DNA of 64,000 nt from Dehalococcoidia bacterium (GTDB lineage: Bacteria; Chloroflexota; Dehalococcoidia; Lucifugimonadales; CAUZJF01), in contig CBDFJV010000005.1 of NCBI GenBank assembly GCA_965248605.1, positions 36,355 through 100,354 of the forward strand, read 5' to 3'. The translations under genes and the position numbers were made by a program. Below, piece after piece: positions 31,724 to 40,602 of the stretch (positions are counted from its first letter, which is position 1; each line of letters starts with the position of its first letter). Below the pieces are notes generated by a model. The model was not told the DNA's origin. It searched no databases and saw only the letters and a list, made by a program, of their open reading frames with translations.

Positions 31724-33775
31724 CTATGTGTTGGTCGTCGGTCCCTGTCCCAAGCTCTCGTCCAGAATCTCGATCAGGTCTCTGGCTCTCGCGCCGCTTC
31801 CGTCCGCCGTCGAGCCGATGCCCTCCTCGAACATCTGGAGGCAGAACGGACACGAGACCGCGACGGTATCGGCGCCGGTCTCCAGGAACTGCTCGGTGCG
31901 GATGTGGTTGACCCGTCTGCCGCGACTCTCCTCGAGCCACATGTGGCCACCGCCGGCCCCGCAGCAGAATGCGCTCTCTCGCGAGCGCTCCATCTCGACC
32001 AGAGTGGTCCCGGGCACGGCTTCGGCGATGCGCCGGGGTGCGTCGTAGACCCCATTGTGCCGGCCCAGGTAGCAGGAGTCGTGATAGGCGATTGTCGCGT
32101 CGACGGCAGCGACAGGCTTCAACCTTCCGTCCTCGATCAGCTCGGCGACGAACTCGCTGTAGTGCTGCACCTCGAAATCGCCGCCCAGGTGCGGGTACTC
32201 GTTCTTGATCGTGTTGAAGCAGTGAGGGCAGATCGTGACGACTTTCTTTACATCGTACTGCTTGAGGGTCTCGATGTTCTGGGTCGCCATCGTCTGATAG
32301 AGGTACTCGTTGCCCATTCGCCGTGCGGGATCGCCGGAACACGTCTCTTCGTCGCCGAGGACCGCGAAGTCGACACCGGCCCGTTTCAGGACAGCTGCCA
32401 TCGACCTCGCGACGCTCTGGCTGCGCTTCTCCAGGGCGCCCGTGCACCCAACCCAGAACAGCACCTCTGCCTCCGGGTGCTCTGAGAGTGTCTTCACGTC
32501 GAGCCCGTCGGCCCAGTCGAGCCGCGAGTAGGGCGTGCCGCGCCACGGGTGCCCACGCTGCTCCATACTCGCAAGAGCGCTCAGCCCTGCCTCCGGGATC
32601 TCCGCCTTTTCCATCACCAGGTACCGGCGCATGTCGACGATTGGGTCGATATGCTCAACCCCGACCGGACAGGCCTCAACGCATGCGCCGCACGTCAGGC
32701 AGTCCCACAACGCCTCCTCGCTGACGGTGCCGCCGACCAACGGCTTAGTGGCAGCGCCGTCGCCATCGCGTACGACCGAAGGTCCGGCGTCCACCACGTA
32801 CTGCCTCAGGCCCTCGACGACGTGCATCGGCGACAGCGTTTTCTCGCTGATATGAGCTGGGCACGCCTCGGTGCACCTGCCGCAGACCGCGCAGGCGAAC
32901 CCATCGAGAAGCTCCTTGGTCGTGAAGTCTTCGACCTGCGAAGCGCCAAACCGTTCGGTGTTCTCCAGGTCACGTGGGGTAGAGAGTGTCCCCGTGGGCT
33001 CGAGAGAGCGCAGGAAGAAGCTCAGCGGCGACGCCAGCAGATGCATGTGCTTCGACACAGGTATATAGACTGCAAACCCCAGGATCACCGCCACGTGTGA
33101 CCACCACACGATCGCGTGCAAACCGTCGGCAAGGTCTTGGTCCAGGCCAGCGTTCCCAAGCAGCCCGCCCAACGCGGACCCGATGAGGGCCGAGGTCGTC
33201 GGACCTGTCCCGCCAGCAGCCACGTACAGCGCCTCGGCCGTTATCGACAAGACCATCAGCAGCGCGATTAGTAGCAGGATGGCGGCCGCCTCGCGTCGCT
33301 GCGTGAGATCGAAGCTCAACCGGTGGGGAGTCGCGGCCCAGCGGCGTAACGCTGCCCACGCCAGCACTATGAGGAACCCCCCAGCGAGCAGGTCGAGGTA
33401 GACGCTAAAAAGTTCGACCCCGGTGTCGGTCAGCAGCGTCGTCGAAAAAGGGCCCCATGTCGAGTCGCCGTAGATGAAGACGAGGTAGCTGAACACGAAG
33501 GAGAGAAATCCCCAGAAGATGAACACATGCGCCAGTCCGGCCCGATCGCGCTGGGACACGCTCCGGAGGACCCTGGTCTGGCCGAATGCCAGCGGAATGG
33601 CTCCAATGAACCGGCGTAATGGTCGGTCGAGTCGGCCGGCCCGCTTTCCCAACAGCACCAGCTCGAATACGCGGTGGTACATGAACAGGGCGGCGACCCC
33701 AAAGGCGATAGCGGAAGCGGCGTAGACGCCCGTCCAGGTAGGGACGTCGCCGAACAGTGCGTCCGGAGGGACCAT
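31724..33775 (-). CDS. membrane-anchored HdrD/GlpC-like (Fe-S)-binding oxidoreductase with CCG domains
   Basis: N-terminal ~6 hydrophobic helices. Two 4Fe-4S motifs (CAVCGRCTEACP, CLTCGACVEACP). Cys-rich CCG-type repeats (...FCCGAGGG...). Confidence 0.85.
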   Translation of the reverse strand: MVPPDALFGDVPTWTGVYAASAIAFGVAALFMYHRVFELVLLGKRAGRLDRPLRRFIGAIPLAFGQTRVLRSVSQRDRAGLAHVFIFWGFLSFVFSYLVFIYGDSTWGPFSTTLLTDTGVELFSVYLDLLAGGFLIVLAWAALRRWAATPHRLSFDLTQRREAAAILLLIALLMVLSITAEALYVAAGGTGPTTSALIGSALGGLLGNAGLDQDLADGLHAIVWWSHVAVILGFAVYIPVSKHMHLLASPLSFFLRSLEPTGTLSTPRDLENTERFGASQVEDFTTKELLDGFACAVCGRCTEACPAHISEKTLSPMHVVEGLRQYVVDAGPSVVRDGDGAATKPLVGGTVSEEALWDCLTCGACVEACPVGVEHIDPIVDMRRYLVMEKAEIPEAGLSALASMEQRGHPWRGTPYSRLDWADGLDVKTLSEHPEAEVLFWVGCTGALEKRSQSVARSMAAVLKRAGVDFAVLGDEETCSGDPARRMGNEYLYQTMATQNIETLKQYDVKKVVTICPHCFNTIKNEYPHLGGDFEVQHYSEFVAELIEDGRLKPVAAVDATIAYHDSCYLGRHNGVYDAPRRIAEAVPGTTLVEMERSRESAFCCGAGGGHMWLEESRGRRVNHIRTEQFLETGADTVAVSCPFCLQMFEEGIGSTADGSGARARDLIEILDESLGQGPTTNT

Positions 33776-33785
33776 GGTTTCCGAA

Positions 33786-33882
33786 GGGTACAGGGTGCGG
33801 GGTATGGGGTAAAGGCCGAGAGCGGGGGCTAGGGGTTAGGGGTTAGGGGCTAGGGCTTGGGGGCTGGGGGTTGGAGGTTGGC
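33786..33882 (+). repeat. G-tract / TTAGGGG-like low-complexity repeat
   Basis: gggggctaggggttaggggttaggggctagggcttgggggctgggggttgg, with many G3-5 runs on the plus strand in the divergent spacer. Confidence 0.6.
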
Positions 33883-33941
33883 CTGCCACCGCAAGGCGAT
33901 TCGGAGGGATTAGAATGGGAGGGTCTTAAAGAGGACGAGCC

Positions 33942-34430
33942 ATGCCGGTAGACAGCATACGGGTCCGTGTCGGGTCAGGAGCGCCTGATTTCGTGCTCCC
34001 CGCCGCTGGGGGAGGTGAGGTGTCGCTCAGCGACTATCGCGGGAAGCGGTGCGTGGTCCTGGTGTTCCTGCGTGGGTTCCAGTGACCTTTCTGCCGTCGG
34101 CATCTCCGTCAGTTGACGGAGGACTACCTCGAATTCACGCAGGCGGGCGCCGAGGTCATCGCTGTTGTCTGGGAGACGAAAGAGCGAGCGCATACCTACT
34201 TTGAGGAGCACAACGTCCCATTCCTCTGCCTTGTCGATCCGGAGCGTAGGGTCTACGACCAGTACGAAGTGAAGAGCAGTCTCCAGTCTCTAGGCCAGCG
34301 GCCGGGGCTGTTTGTCATTGACGTCGAGGGCATCGTTCGGTACGCCCACCTGGGCTGGCAGCAGTGGGAGATCCCACCCAACGCCGAGGTGCTGGAGGTC
34401 TGTCGCAGTATTCGATGTGAAGCCGGCTGA
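33942..34430 (+). CDS. thioredoxin-fold redoxin/peroxiredoxin-like protein with in-frame TGA (candidate Sec, U-P-F-C)
   Basis: The ATG at 33942 gives MPVDSIRVRVGSGAPDFVLPAAGGGEVSLSDYRGKRCVVLVFLRGFQ-TGA-PFCRRHLRQL.... This is in frame with ORF 34113..34430. The TGA at 34083-85 falls where redoxins have the first Cys of CxxC. Confidence 0.6.
34104..34121 (+). promoter_or_regulatory. SECIS-candidate hairpin
   Basis: ctccgtc-agtt-gacggag begins 21 nt after the TGA. The loop contains GU. Confidence 0.35.
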
Positions 34431-34512
34431 AAGGGGGGTCGCGCGGACAGCGAGCCGCCTCACGTGGAGGCCACGTATCGCAGACAGGTACTCGAAGCCC
34501 TGGCTCTCAGCC

Positions 34513-35451
34513 CTAGCGGAAAAGCACGAGGACCGTCGAGGCCGTCGCCAGCCAGAGCACGATCGTGACGATAAGAGGGATGTCGGTGATCAGCACCTCT
34601 TCCGGTGCTTCTCCGAGATTCTCTGAGTGGACCAGGAAGAGGTACCTGAACAGTCCGTAGACGACGAACGGTATCGTCAGCATCATTGCGTGGTTCTCTG
34701 GAAGGTTGGGAGCGGTGAAGGTGTAGAGGGTGTAGGCGAGGAGCGTCGACGTGGCGACGAGCGCGATAAATTGGTCCAGCAGCGGGACCGTGTAAACCGC
34801 AAGGGTCTCGCGCTGTCTTTCGGCGAGACCGTGGGACGCGACCAGCTCGCTCCGTCTCTTGGCCAGTGCGATCAGTAGCGCGCCGAGGCCTGTACACGTA
34901 TACAGCCATGGGGAAATGGGCACCTGAAGCACAGCAGCGCCCGCAACGGCCCTCAAGACAAACCCAGCGCTGATCGCAAAGACGTCGAGTAGCACGATCC
35001 GCTTCAAGACGACCGAGTAGACTGCCATCAGCGCCAGGTAGGCGAGCGCCACCCACCCGAACTCCGGCACCAGCAGGAATGAGATGGTGACCCCGGCGAG
35101 GGTTAAAGCCGCGGCGCCGGACCACGCCAATTGCACGGGAAGCTGGCCCGATGCTATGGGCCTTAGTCGCTTGGTCGGATGCGCCCGGTCTGCCTCCAGG
35201 TCGAAGATGTCGTTGACCAGGTATACCGCGGCTGACAGCGCCGAGAACACCAGAAAGGCGAGACCGGTCTGGCCGACCAACGAAAGAGCCTTGTCTGTGT
35301 CTCCTACGCTCCAGGCGTCGTCGATCGTGAAGATGAGGGCAAAGAAAATGATAAGGTTCTTGGTCCACTGTTTCGGCCGGGCGGCCACGACCAGCGACTT
35401 CAGGACGCCGAGAACGGAGGGAGGCAGCGTTTGCTCGCGTGGGGTCTCCAC
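34513..35451 (-). CDS. UbiA-family prenyltransferase (decaprenyl-phosphate phosphoribosyltransferase-like)
   Basis: RPKQWTKNLIIF and NDIFDLEADRAHPTKRLRPIASG. Polytopic membrane protein. Confidence 0.85.
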   Translation of the reverse strand: METPREQTLPPSVLGVLKSLVVAARPKQWTKNLIIFFALIFTIDDAWSVGDTDKALSLVGQTGLAFLVFSALSAAVYLVNDIFDLEADRAHPTKRLRPIASGQLPVQLAWSGAAALTLAGVTISFLLVPEFGWVALAYLALMAVYSVVLKRIVLLDVFAISAGFVLRAVAGAAVLQVPISPWLYTCTGLGALLIALAKRRSELVASHGLAERQRETLAVYTVPLLDQFIALVATSTLLAYTLYTFTAPNLPENHAMMLTIPFVVYGLFRYLFLVHSENLGEAPEEVLITDIPLIVTIVLWLATASTVLVLFR

Positions 35452-35546
35452 GTCCTGGATAATACGCTCGGCCCGTTGAGACCGTCAACGGAGATGAGGT
35501 CCACGTACACGGGCTTGGCGGCGCCGTCGATTCGAACTTCCACTCG

Positions 35547-35575
35547 TTGACATCGGAAGTTGGCTTCATTACGAT
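35547..35575 (+). promoter_or_regulatory. sigma70-like promoter for groES
   Basis: TTGACA (35547-52), 17-nt spacer, TACGAT (35570-75), about 85 nt before the groES ATG. Confidence 0.45.
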
Positions 35576-35659
35576 ACCTTGGCAGTCGGTGCGGGAGGCT
35601 GCCAGCCAGCGCGGCTGCGTCTCTCGCGGCCGCCCACAGCCACAAGGAGGAGTGTCAGC

Positions 35660-35965
35660 ATGGCCACCAAGTCTAAGGTCTCGTTCAAGCCCCTCGGGAA
35701 TCGCATCGTCGTCGAGCCCAACGAAGAGGACGCGCAGGTGACCGCGGGGGGGATATACATCCCGGACACCGCCAAAGAGAAGCCTCAGGAAGGCACGGTA
35801 GTCGCGGCAGGCCCAGGTAAGATGAGCGACGACGGGAAGCGGATACCCATGGAGATCGAAGTCGGAGATGTCGTCGTCTACTCGAAGTACGGGGGCACCG
35901 AGTACAAAGAGGGCGATATCGAGTATATGGTCCTTCGAGACGACGACGTTCTGTTCAAGAAGTAG
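35660..35965 (+). CDS. groES: co-chaperonin GroES
   Basis: AAGGAGG Shine-Dalgarno sequence. KPLGNRIVVEP...TAGGIYIPDTAKEKPQEGTVVAAGPG. Confidence 0.95.
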   Translation: MATKSKVSFKPLGNRIVVEPNEEDAQVTAGGIYIPDTAKEKPQEGTVVAAGPGKMSDDGKRIPMEIEVGDVVVYSKYGGTEYKEGDIEYMVLRDDDVLFKK

Positions 35966-36006
35966 TGCAGCGGCTGGACCGCCGGCCGGACAAACGCTAC
36001 AAGTGG

Positions 36007-36043
36007 AAGCGGCTCTGGAGCGATTCCAGGGCCGCTTTCTTTT
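36007..36043 (+). terminator. rho-independent terminator after groES
   Basis: aagcggc-t-ctgga-gcgat-tccag-g-gccgctt followed by tcttttcc. Confidence 0.55.
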
Positions 36044-36228
36044 CCAGGTCGTACGTGCGCTCCATATAGGGATGTGATAGTGCGCTGAGGCCACATGTTG
36101 TGGCCTGGCGGGGCGTCAGGATTGGTCTCCAATTGGCCCCCTTGGACGCTTGACGGCCCCTTGTGGGGCCGTTGTTATAATGGCGCCCATTCCCAAGTCT
36201 GATCCCCGCTCACGGTGCCAGGAATCTG

Positions 36229-39200
36229 TTGTTTACCCACCTCCACAATCATACCGAGTACAGCTTCCTCCTGGACGGGCTGAGCCGCCTCGAAACCGTA
36301 GTTGGACGTGCAAAAGAGCTGGGCATGGACTCCCTCGCGATCACCGACCACGGGGGTCTATACGGCGTCATCGACTTCTACCGGACCGCCAGGGAAGCCG
36401 GAATCAAGCCGATCATCGGGTGCGAGATGTACGTCGCGCCGAACAGTCGGCACGACCGCAATCCGGGCGACAAAACGTCCTTTCACCTGACCGTGCTCTG
36501 CAAGAACATCGAAGGCTATCGCAACCTCGTCAAGCTGGTCACGGCCGCCCACCTCGAAGGCTTCTACTACAAACCCAGGGTTGACCGCGAGATCCTACAG
36601 CAATATCACGAAGGCCTGATCGTACTTTCGGGATGTCCCAGCGGCGAGGTGCCTTCGCTTATTTCGCAAGGACGGATGGACGAGGCCCGGTCTGCCGCGA
36701 CCTGGTACAAGGAACTCTTCGGCGACTACTACCTCGAGCTCATGCGCCACGACGGAGTCGACGGGCTGCCAGCCATCAACGAAGGTCTTGTCGAGCTTCA
36801 CCGGGAGCTAGGCATCGACGTGGTCGCGACAAACGACAGCCACTACGTGCACCAGGAAGACGCGCCTATCCAGGACGTGTTGATCTGTATCCACACGAAC
36901 ACGAATGTAAACGACGAAAAACGCCTGAAGATGGACGACGACTCCTACTACCTCAAGAGCGCTGACGAGATGGAGTCGCTCTTCGCGGACGTGCCCGAAG
37001 CTATATCCAACAGCCAGGCAATAGCCGACAAGTGCAATCTCGAGCTCGATTTCTCCCAGCTGCACATGCCTGAATACCCGGTGCCGGACGGCCTCACGCC
37101 CGACGACTACCTGCGTCAGCTCTGTGAGGAAGGGTTGCAGAGCCGCTTCGAGAGGGTGACGGAGGTCGAAAGAGGCAGGCTGTCATACGAGCTCGACGTA
37201 ATCCGCCAGACAAAATACGCCAACTACTTCCTAGTGGTTTGGGACATCGCGCGCTTCGTTAGGGAACACGACATCTACTTCGCGGTGCGAGGAAGCGCTG
37301 CCGGAAGCATCGTCCTCTACTGCCTGGGCGTGACCGACGTGAACCCGCTGCAGTACGAGATCGTTTTCGAGCGGTTTCTGAACGTCGAGCGTCGAGAGAT
37401 GCCCGACATCGACATGGACTTCCAGGACGACCGGCGGGAAGAGGTCCTGAACTACGTCGTCGAAAAGTACGGCGGTGACCACGTGGCGCAGATAATCACG
37501 TTCGGGACCCTCGGGGCCCGGGCCTCCATTCGCGACGTCGGACGGGCGCTGGCGATGCCCTACGGCGACGTCGACCAGATTGCTCGAATGATCCCCAATA
37601 GGCTCAACATGACCCTCGAAAAGGCCATGGGTGAGAACCCCGAACTGGAGGAGGCGTACGGCGCCGACGAGGGCACCAAGAAGCTGGTCGACATCGCGCA
37701 AAGGCTCGAAGGAATTACCAGGCACGCCAGCACTCACGCGGCAGGAGTGGTTATCTCGCAGGAGCCCCTCGAGACCTACGTACCCCTCCAAAAGCCGACG
37801 CGAGGCGACGACGACAGCATTTCGATGACCCAGTACGCCATGGAGCCCATCGCCGCCCTCGGGCTGCTCAAGATGGACTTCCTTGGCCTCGTCAATCTCA
37901 CGGTCCTGGCCAAAGCCCGCGATCTGATCGATCGGACGCGAGGTGTTCGCCTCAATCTCAAGGACATCCCCCTCGACGACACCAAGACCTTCGAGCTCCT
38001 CTCAGCGGGACAGACGGTTGGCGTGTTCCAGATGGAGGGGGCGGGCATGACCAACTACATACAGGACCTGAAGCCAACGACGATAAACGACGTAGCGTCG
38101 ATGATCGCCCTCTACCGTCCGGGGCCCATGGAGCACATCGGCACGTTCATCGACGCGAAGCATGGACGGGCGGAGGCCCAGTACGTCCACGAATCGCTGA
38201 AAGGCATTCTCGAGGAGACGTATGGAGTCATCGTCTACCAGGACCAGGTGTTCCTGATCGCCCAGGCATTCGCAGGCTACTCGCTCGGCGAGGCGGACGT
38301 GCTCAGGAAGGCCATGGGCAAGAAGATCCCCGAGATTATGGAAAAGGAGCGCGACAAGTTCCTTAGTGGGGTGATCGCGCAGGGTCACTCTCGGGAGCTG
38401 GCGGAGAAAGTTTTCGCGCTGATCGAGCCGTTCGCCGGCTACGGCTTCCCGAAGGCCCACGCGGTTAGCTACGGCCTCATCTCGTACTGGACTGCTTACC
38501 TGAAGGCGAACTTCCCGGAAGAGTACATGGTGTGTCTCCTCAACGCCTACGTTGAGAACACCGAGAAGCTTGGCGGATCGGTCGCCGAGTGCCGGAGGCT
38601 CGGGATTGAGGTGATGCCGCCCGACGTTAACTACAGCCACGTCGAGTTCTCGGTGGAGCGGCAGAACGATGGCGGGACCGCCGTGCGGGTCGGGCTCGCA
38701 TCGGTCAAGAACGTCGGCGAAGGGGCGGTGACGCCGGTCATCGAGGCGAGAGAGAAAGAGGGGCCGTTCGCGTCGATCGAGCAAATGTGCAGGGTCGCCG
38801 ACCTCCGGGGCCTTAACCGGAAGTCGCTAGAGAGCTTGATCAAGGCCGGGGCTTTCGACCAGTTCGGCGACCGAGGCGCACTGCTAGAGGTCGTGGACAG
38901 GGTGCTGTCCTTGGCCCAGAGCGAGGCTAGCCTCCGCGAGTCCGACCAGACCTCTATGTTCGACCTTTTCGGAGAGTCGGTGCCGACTCCTCTGGCGCAA
39001 ATCGATCTTCCGGCCGGCCAGACATCCAAGAGCGAGAAAAAGGTCTGGGAGACCGAGCTGTTAGGCGTGAATTTCGCCGACAACCCTCTGCTGAATCTCC
39101 CGGCGTCCGATGGCGACACAAAGGCGATCATGTCCCGGAGTGAAGTCAGAGCCGACATGAACGGCGAGAAGATCGAGCTCAGGGGCCAGGTCGCATCGGT

Positions 39201-39870
39201 GAGCCACAGGTACACCAAGGACCAGAAGCCCTACTCGAGCGCCAACATCGCGCTCCTGGACGGCGACATCGACGTATTCGTCTGGCAGAACGTGCTCGAA
39301 AAGACCCAGGGCTTGTGGGAGCCCAGCAAGCTGCTTACGATCGCAGGCCGGGTGAGAGCGAGGGATGACAGGGTCAGTATCTCCTGTCTCAACGCGTCGG
39401 AGTTCAAGGTGAAGGAAGACGGCGAGTCGCCGGACGAGAAGCCCGCTCCAGAGCCGGCTGCGCCACCTGCCGCGAGCCCATTGTCCATCTCTCCAAACGG
39501 CGTCTCACCCCCGGCCCAGGAGCCGCGGGCCGACACTGCGCCTTCTCCACCTCCCGTACAGACTCCGGCAGAAACGTATCCGCGCCAGAGACGACTGCTG
39601 CTCCGTATCCGGGAGACCGACCAGCCCGACGACGACCATCGCTTGATGGACGACCTGAAACAGCTGCTTCTGGGGTACCAGGGTGACGACTCCGTCGGAC
39701 TCGAGATCGCGTCGAACGGGCACCTGGTGACGCTGGACTGGGCTCTGGTGCGGGTAAACATATGCCCGCCGCTACAAGAGGCGCTCGAAGAGGTAATCGG
39801 CCCTTCCGGAAGCATCTCGATCGCGGACGAGCCCTCCAACGGCGCCGTATCCCGGAACGGCGTGGCTTAA
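36229..39870 (+). CDS. dnaE: DNA polymerase III alpha subunit
   Basis: PHP domain FTHLHNHTEYSFLLDG. Polymerase core GLLKMDFLGL. OB fold. Pro/Ala-rich linker before the C-terminal segment. Confidence 0.95.
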   Translation: MFTHLHNHTEYSFLLDGLSRLETVVGRAKELGMDSLAITDHGGLYGVIDFYRTAREAGIKPIIGCEMYVAPNSRHDRNPGDKTSFHLTVLCKNIEGYRNLVKLVTAAHLEGFYYKPRVDREILQQYHEGLIVLSGCPSGEVPSLISQGRMDEARSAATWYKELFGDYYLELMRHDGVDGLPAINEGLVELHRELGIDVVATNDSHYVHQEDAPIQDVLICIHTNTNVNDEKRLKMDDDSYYLKSADEMESLFADVPEAISNSQAIADKCNLELDFSQLHMPEYPVPDGLTPDDYLRQLCEEGLQSRFERVTEVERGRLSYELDVIRQTKYANYFLVVWDIARFVREHDIYFAVRGSAAGSIVLYCLGVTDVNPLQYEIVFERFLNVERREMPDIDMDFQDDRREEVLNYVVEKYGGDHVAQIITFGTLGARASIRDVGRALAMPYGDVDQIARMIPNRLNMTLEKAMGENPELEEAYGADEGTKKLVDIAQRLEGITRHASTHAAGVVISQEPLETYVPLQKPTRGDDDSISMTQYAMEPIAALGLLKMDFLGLVNLTVLAKARDLIDRTRGVRLNLKDIPLDDTKTFELLSAGQTVGVFQMEGAGMTNYIQDLKPTTINDVASMIALYRPGPMEHIGTFIDAKHGRAEAQYVHESLKGILEETYGVIVYQDQVFLIAQAFAGYSLGEADVLRKAMGKKIPEIMEKERDKFLSGVIAQGHSRELAEKVFALIEPFAGYGFPKAHAVSYGLISYWTAYLKANFPEEYMVCLLNAYVENTEKLGGSVAECRRLGIEVMPPDVNYSHVEFSVERQNDGGTAVRVGLASVKNVGEGAVTPVIEAREKEGPFASIEQMCRVADLRGLNRKSLESLIKAGAFDQFGDRGALLEVVDRVLSLAQSEASLRESDQTSMFDLFGESVPTPLAQIDLPAGQTSKSEKKVWETELLGVNFADNPLLNLPASDGDTKAIMSRSEVRADMNGEKIELRGQVASVSHRYTKDQKPYSSANIALLDGDIDVFVWQNVLEKTQGLWEPSKLLTIAGRVRARDDRVSISCLNASEFKVKEDGESPDEKPAPEPAAPPAASPLSISPNGVSPPAQEPRADTAPSPPPVQTPAETYPRQRRLLLRIRETDQPDDDHRLMDDLKQLLLGYQGDDSVGLEIASNGHLVTLDWALVRVNICPPLQEALEEVIGPSGSISIADEPSNGAVSRNGVA

Positions 39871-40007
39871 CCGCCAAACAGAGCTTTGTACCAAATCACG
39901 CTGTGCGGGGCGTGGTTCGACAGGCCTGCCCTGAGTAGGCCGAAGGGCTCACAAGTAACTGCTCCTCTTGAGTGCCTCGCGGGCGGACCAGGGCAGGCAC
40001 GGGGGCG

Positions 40008-40088
40008 CTGCCCCTACGCGTGAAGGCAAGCCAGTTGCTTTCGTATGTTCGGCCCGCCCCGCAGACGTAAGGTTGCTCACCACGAACC
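40008..40088 (+). repeat. 81-bp direct repeat, copy A
   Basis: ctgcccctacgcgtgaaggcaagccagttgctttcgtatgttcggcccgccccgcagacgtaaggttgctcaccacgaacc. About 8 mismatches to 41853-41933. Confidence 0.7.
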
Positions 40089-40299
40089 CGCGGTGAGCTG
40101 TTTTAGTCGCCGCACCGCCGTAGAAAGACTGAACGGGCGGGTCAAGGCGCACCGTAGATTGAACTCTGTATCTGTAAGGGTTAGACCGCGGGCCAGGGTG
40201 ATGACCCACGTACTTCTCGCAACAAGCACATACCACGGCCCAAGTGGTAGCCACGGGGAGTCGCGCCTCGGTGAGGCCAATAAAAGATGCGGCCTAAGG
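40045..40299 (+). pseudogene. C-terminal remnant of a DDE transposase gene
   Basis: ...RRTAVERLNGRVKAHRRLNSVSVRVRPRARVMTHVLLA... resembles the conserved C-terminus (R..vE..f..lK...gl......rG..kv......la) of IS4/IS5-like transposases. No N-terminal part is present, and the frame runs into MITE copy 3. Confidence 0.4.
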
Positions 40300-40430
40300 C
40301 TAGTAGACCGAAATCTTTGAAATGAGGGGTAGCCGAGATTGGCGTGCTACGACGACAGGGCGGGTTTCAAACCCGCCCCTACCAAGCCGTAACCTCAGAA
40401 CCCTTCAATACTAGGATGTTGGACCACTAG
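40300..40430 (+). mobile_element. 131-bp IS630-derived MITE, copy 3
   Basis: Identical to copy 1 by manual alignment. Inserted at the centre of the palindrome aagatgcggcctaagg / ccttaagccgcatctt. Confidence 0.8.
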
Positions 40431-40602
40431 CCTTAAGCCGCATCTTGGTCTATACTTGTTTGAAACCGGTGCGGATGCCCTGGTCTGGTGCTGGTACCAC
40501 CTTCCAGGTAGCCAATTCCTCTTCCTAAGAAGCTCGGCTATTTCAATTCTAGCCGGGCTAGGCATCGTTGTCAATACGCTCGGCAGAAAAGGAGCGGTAA
40601 CG

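Noticed and set aside
31608-32546. 312-aa minus-strand and 284-aa plus-strand ORFs inside the Fe-S gene
   Set aside because: They are alternative frames of the 683-aa Fe-S protein gene, which has clear 4Fe-4S and CCG motifs. The alternatives are Arg-rich and motif-free.
33786-33882. Telomere or linear-replicon end suggested by TTAGGG-like repeats
   Set aside because: The tracts are short, internal and imperfect, and are flanked on both sides by ordinary genes. A regulatory or simple-repeat interpretation is more plausible.
35452-35659. CIRCE/HrcA operator in the groES leader
   Set aside because: No TTAGCACTC-N9-GAGTGCTAA-like inverted repeat is present.
34460-36094. 544-aa minus-strand ORF
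   Set aside because: It overlaps the UbiA-family gene in another frame and lies antisense to groES. Its low-complexity Arg/Pro/Gly composition marks it as a shadow ORF.
36150-36181. Promoter for dnaE (TTGACG ... TGTTATAAT)
   Set aside because: The -10 looks good (extended TGnTATAAT), but the spacing to the only -35-like hexamer is about 20 nt. It is too uncertain to list as a feature.
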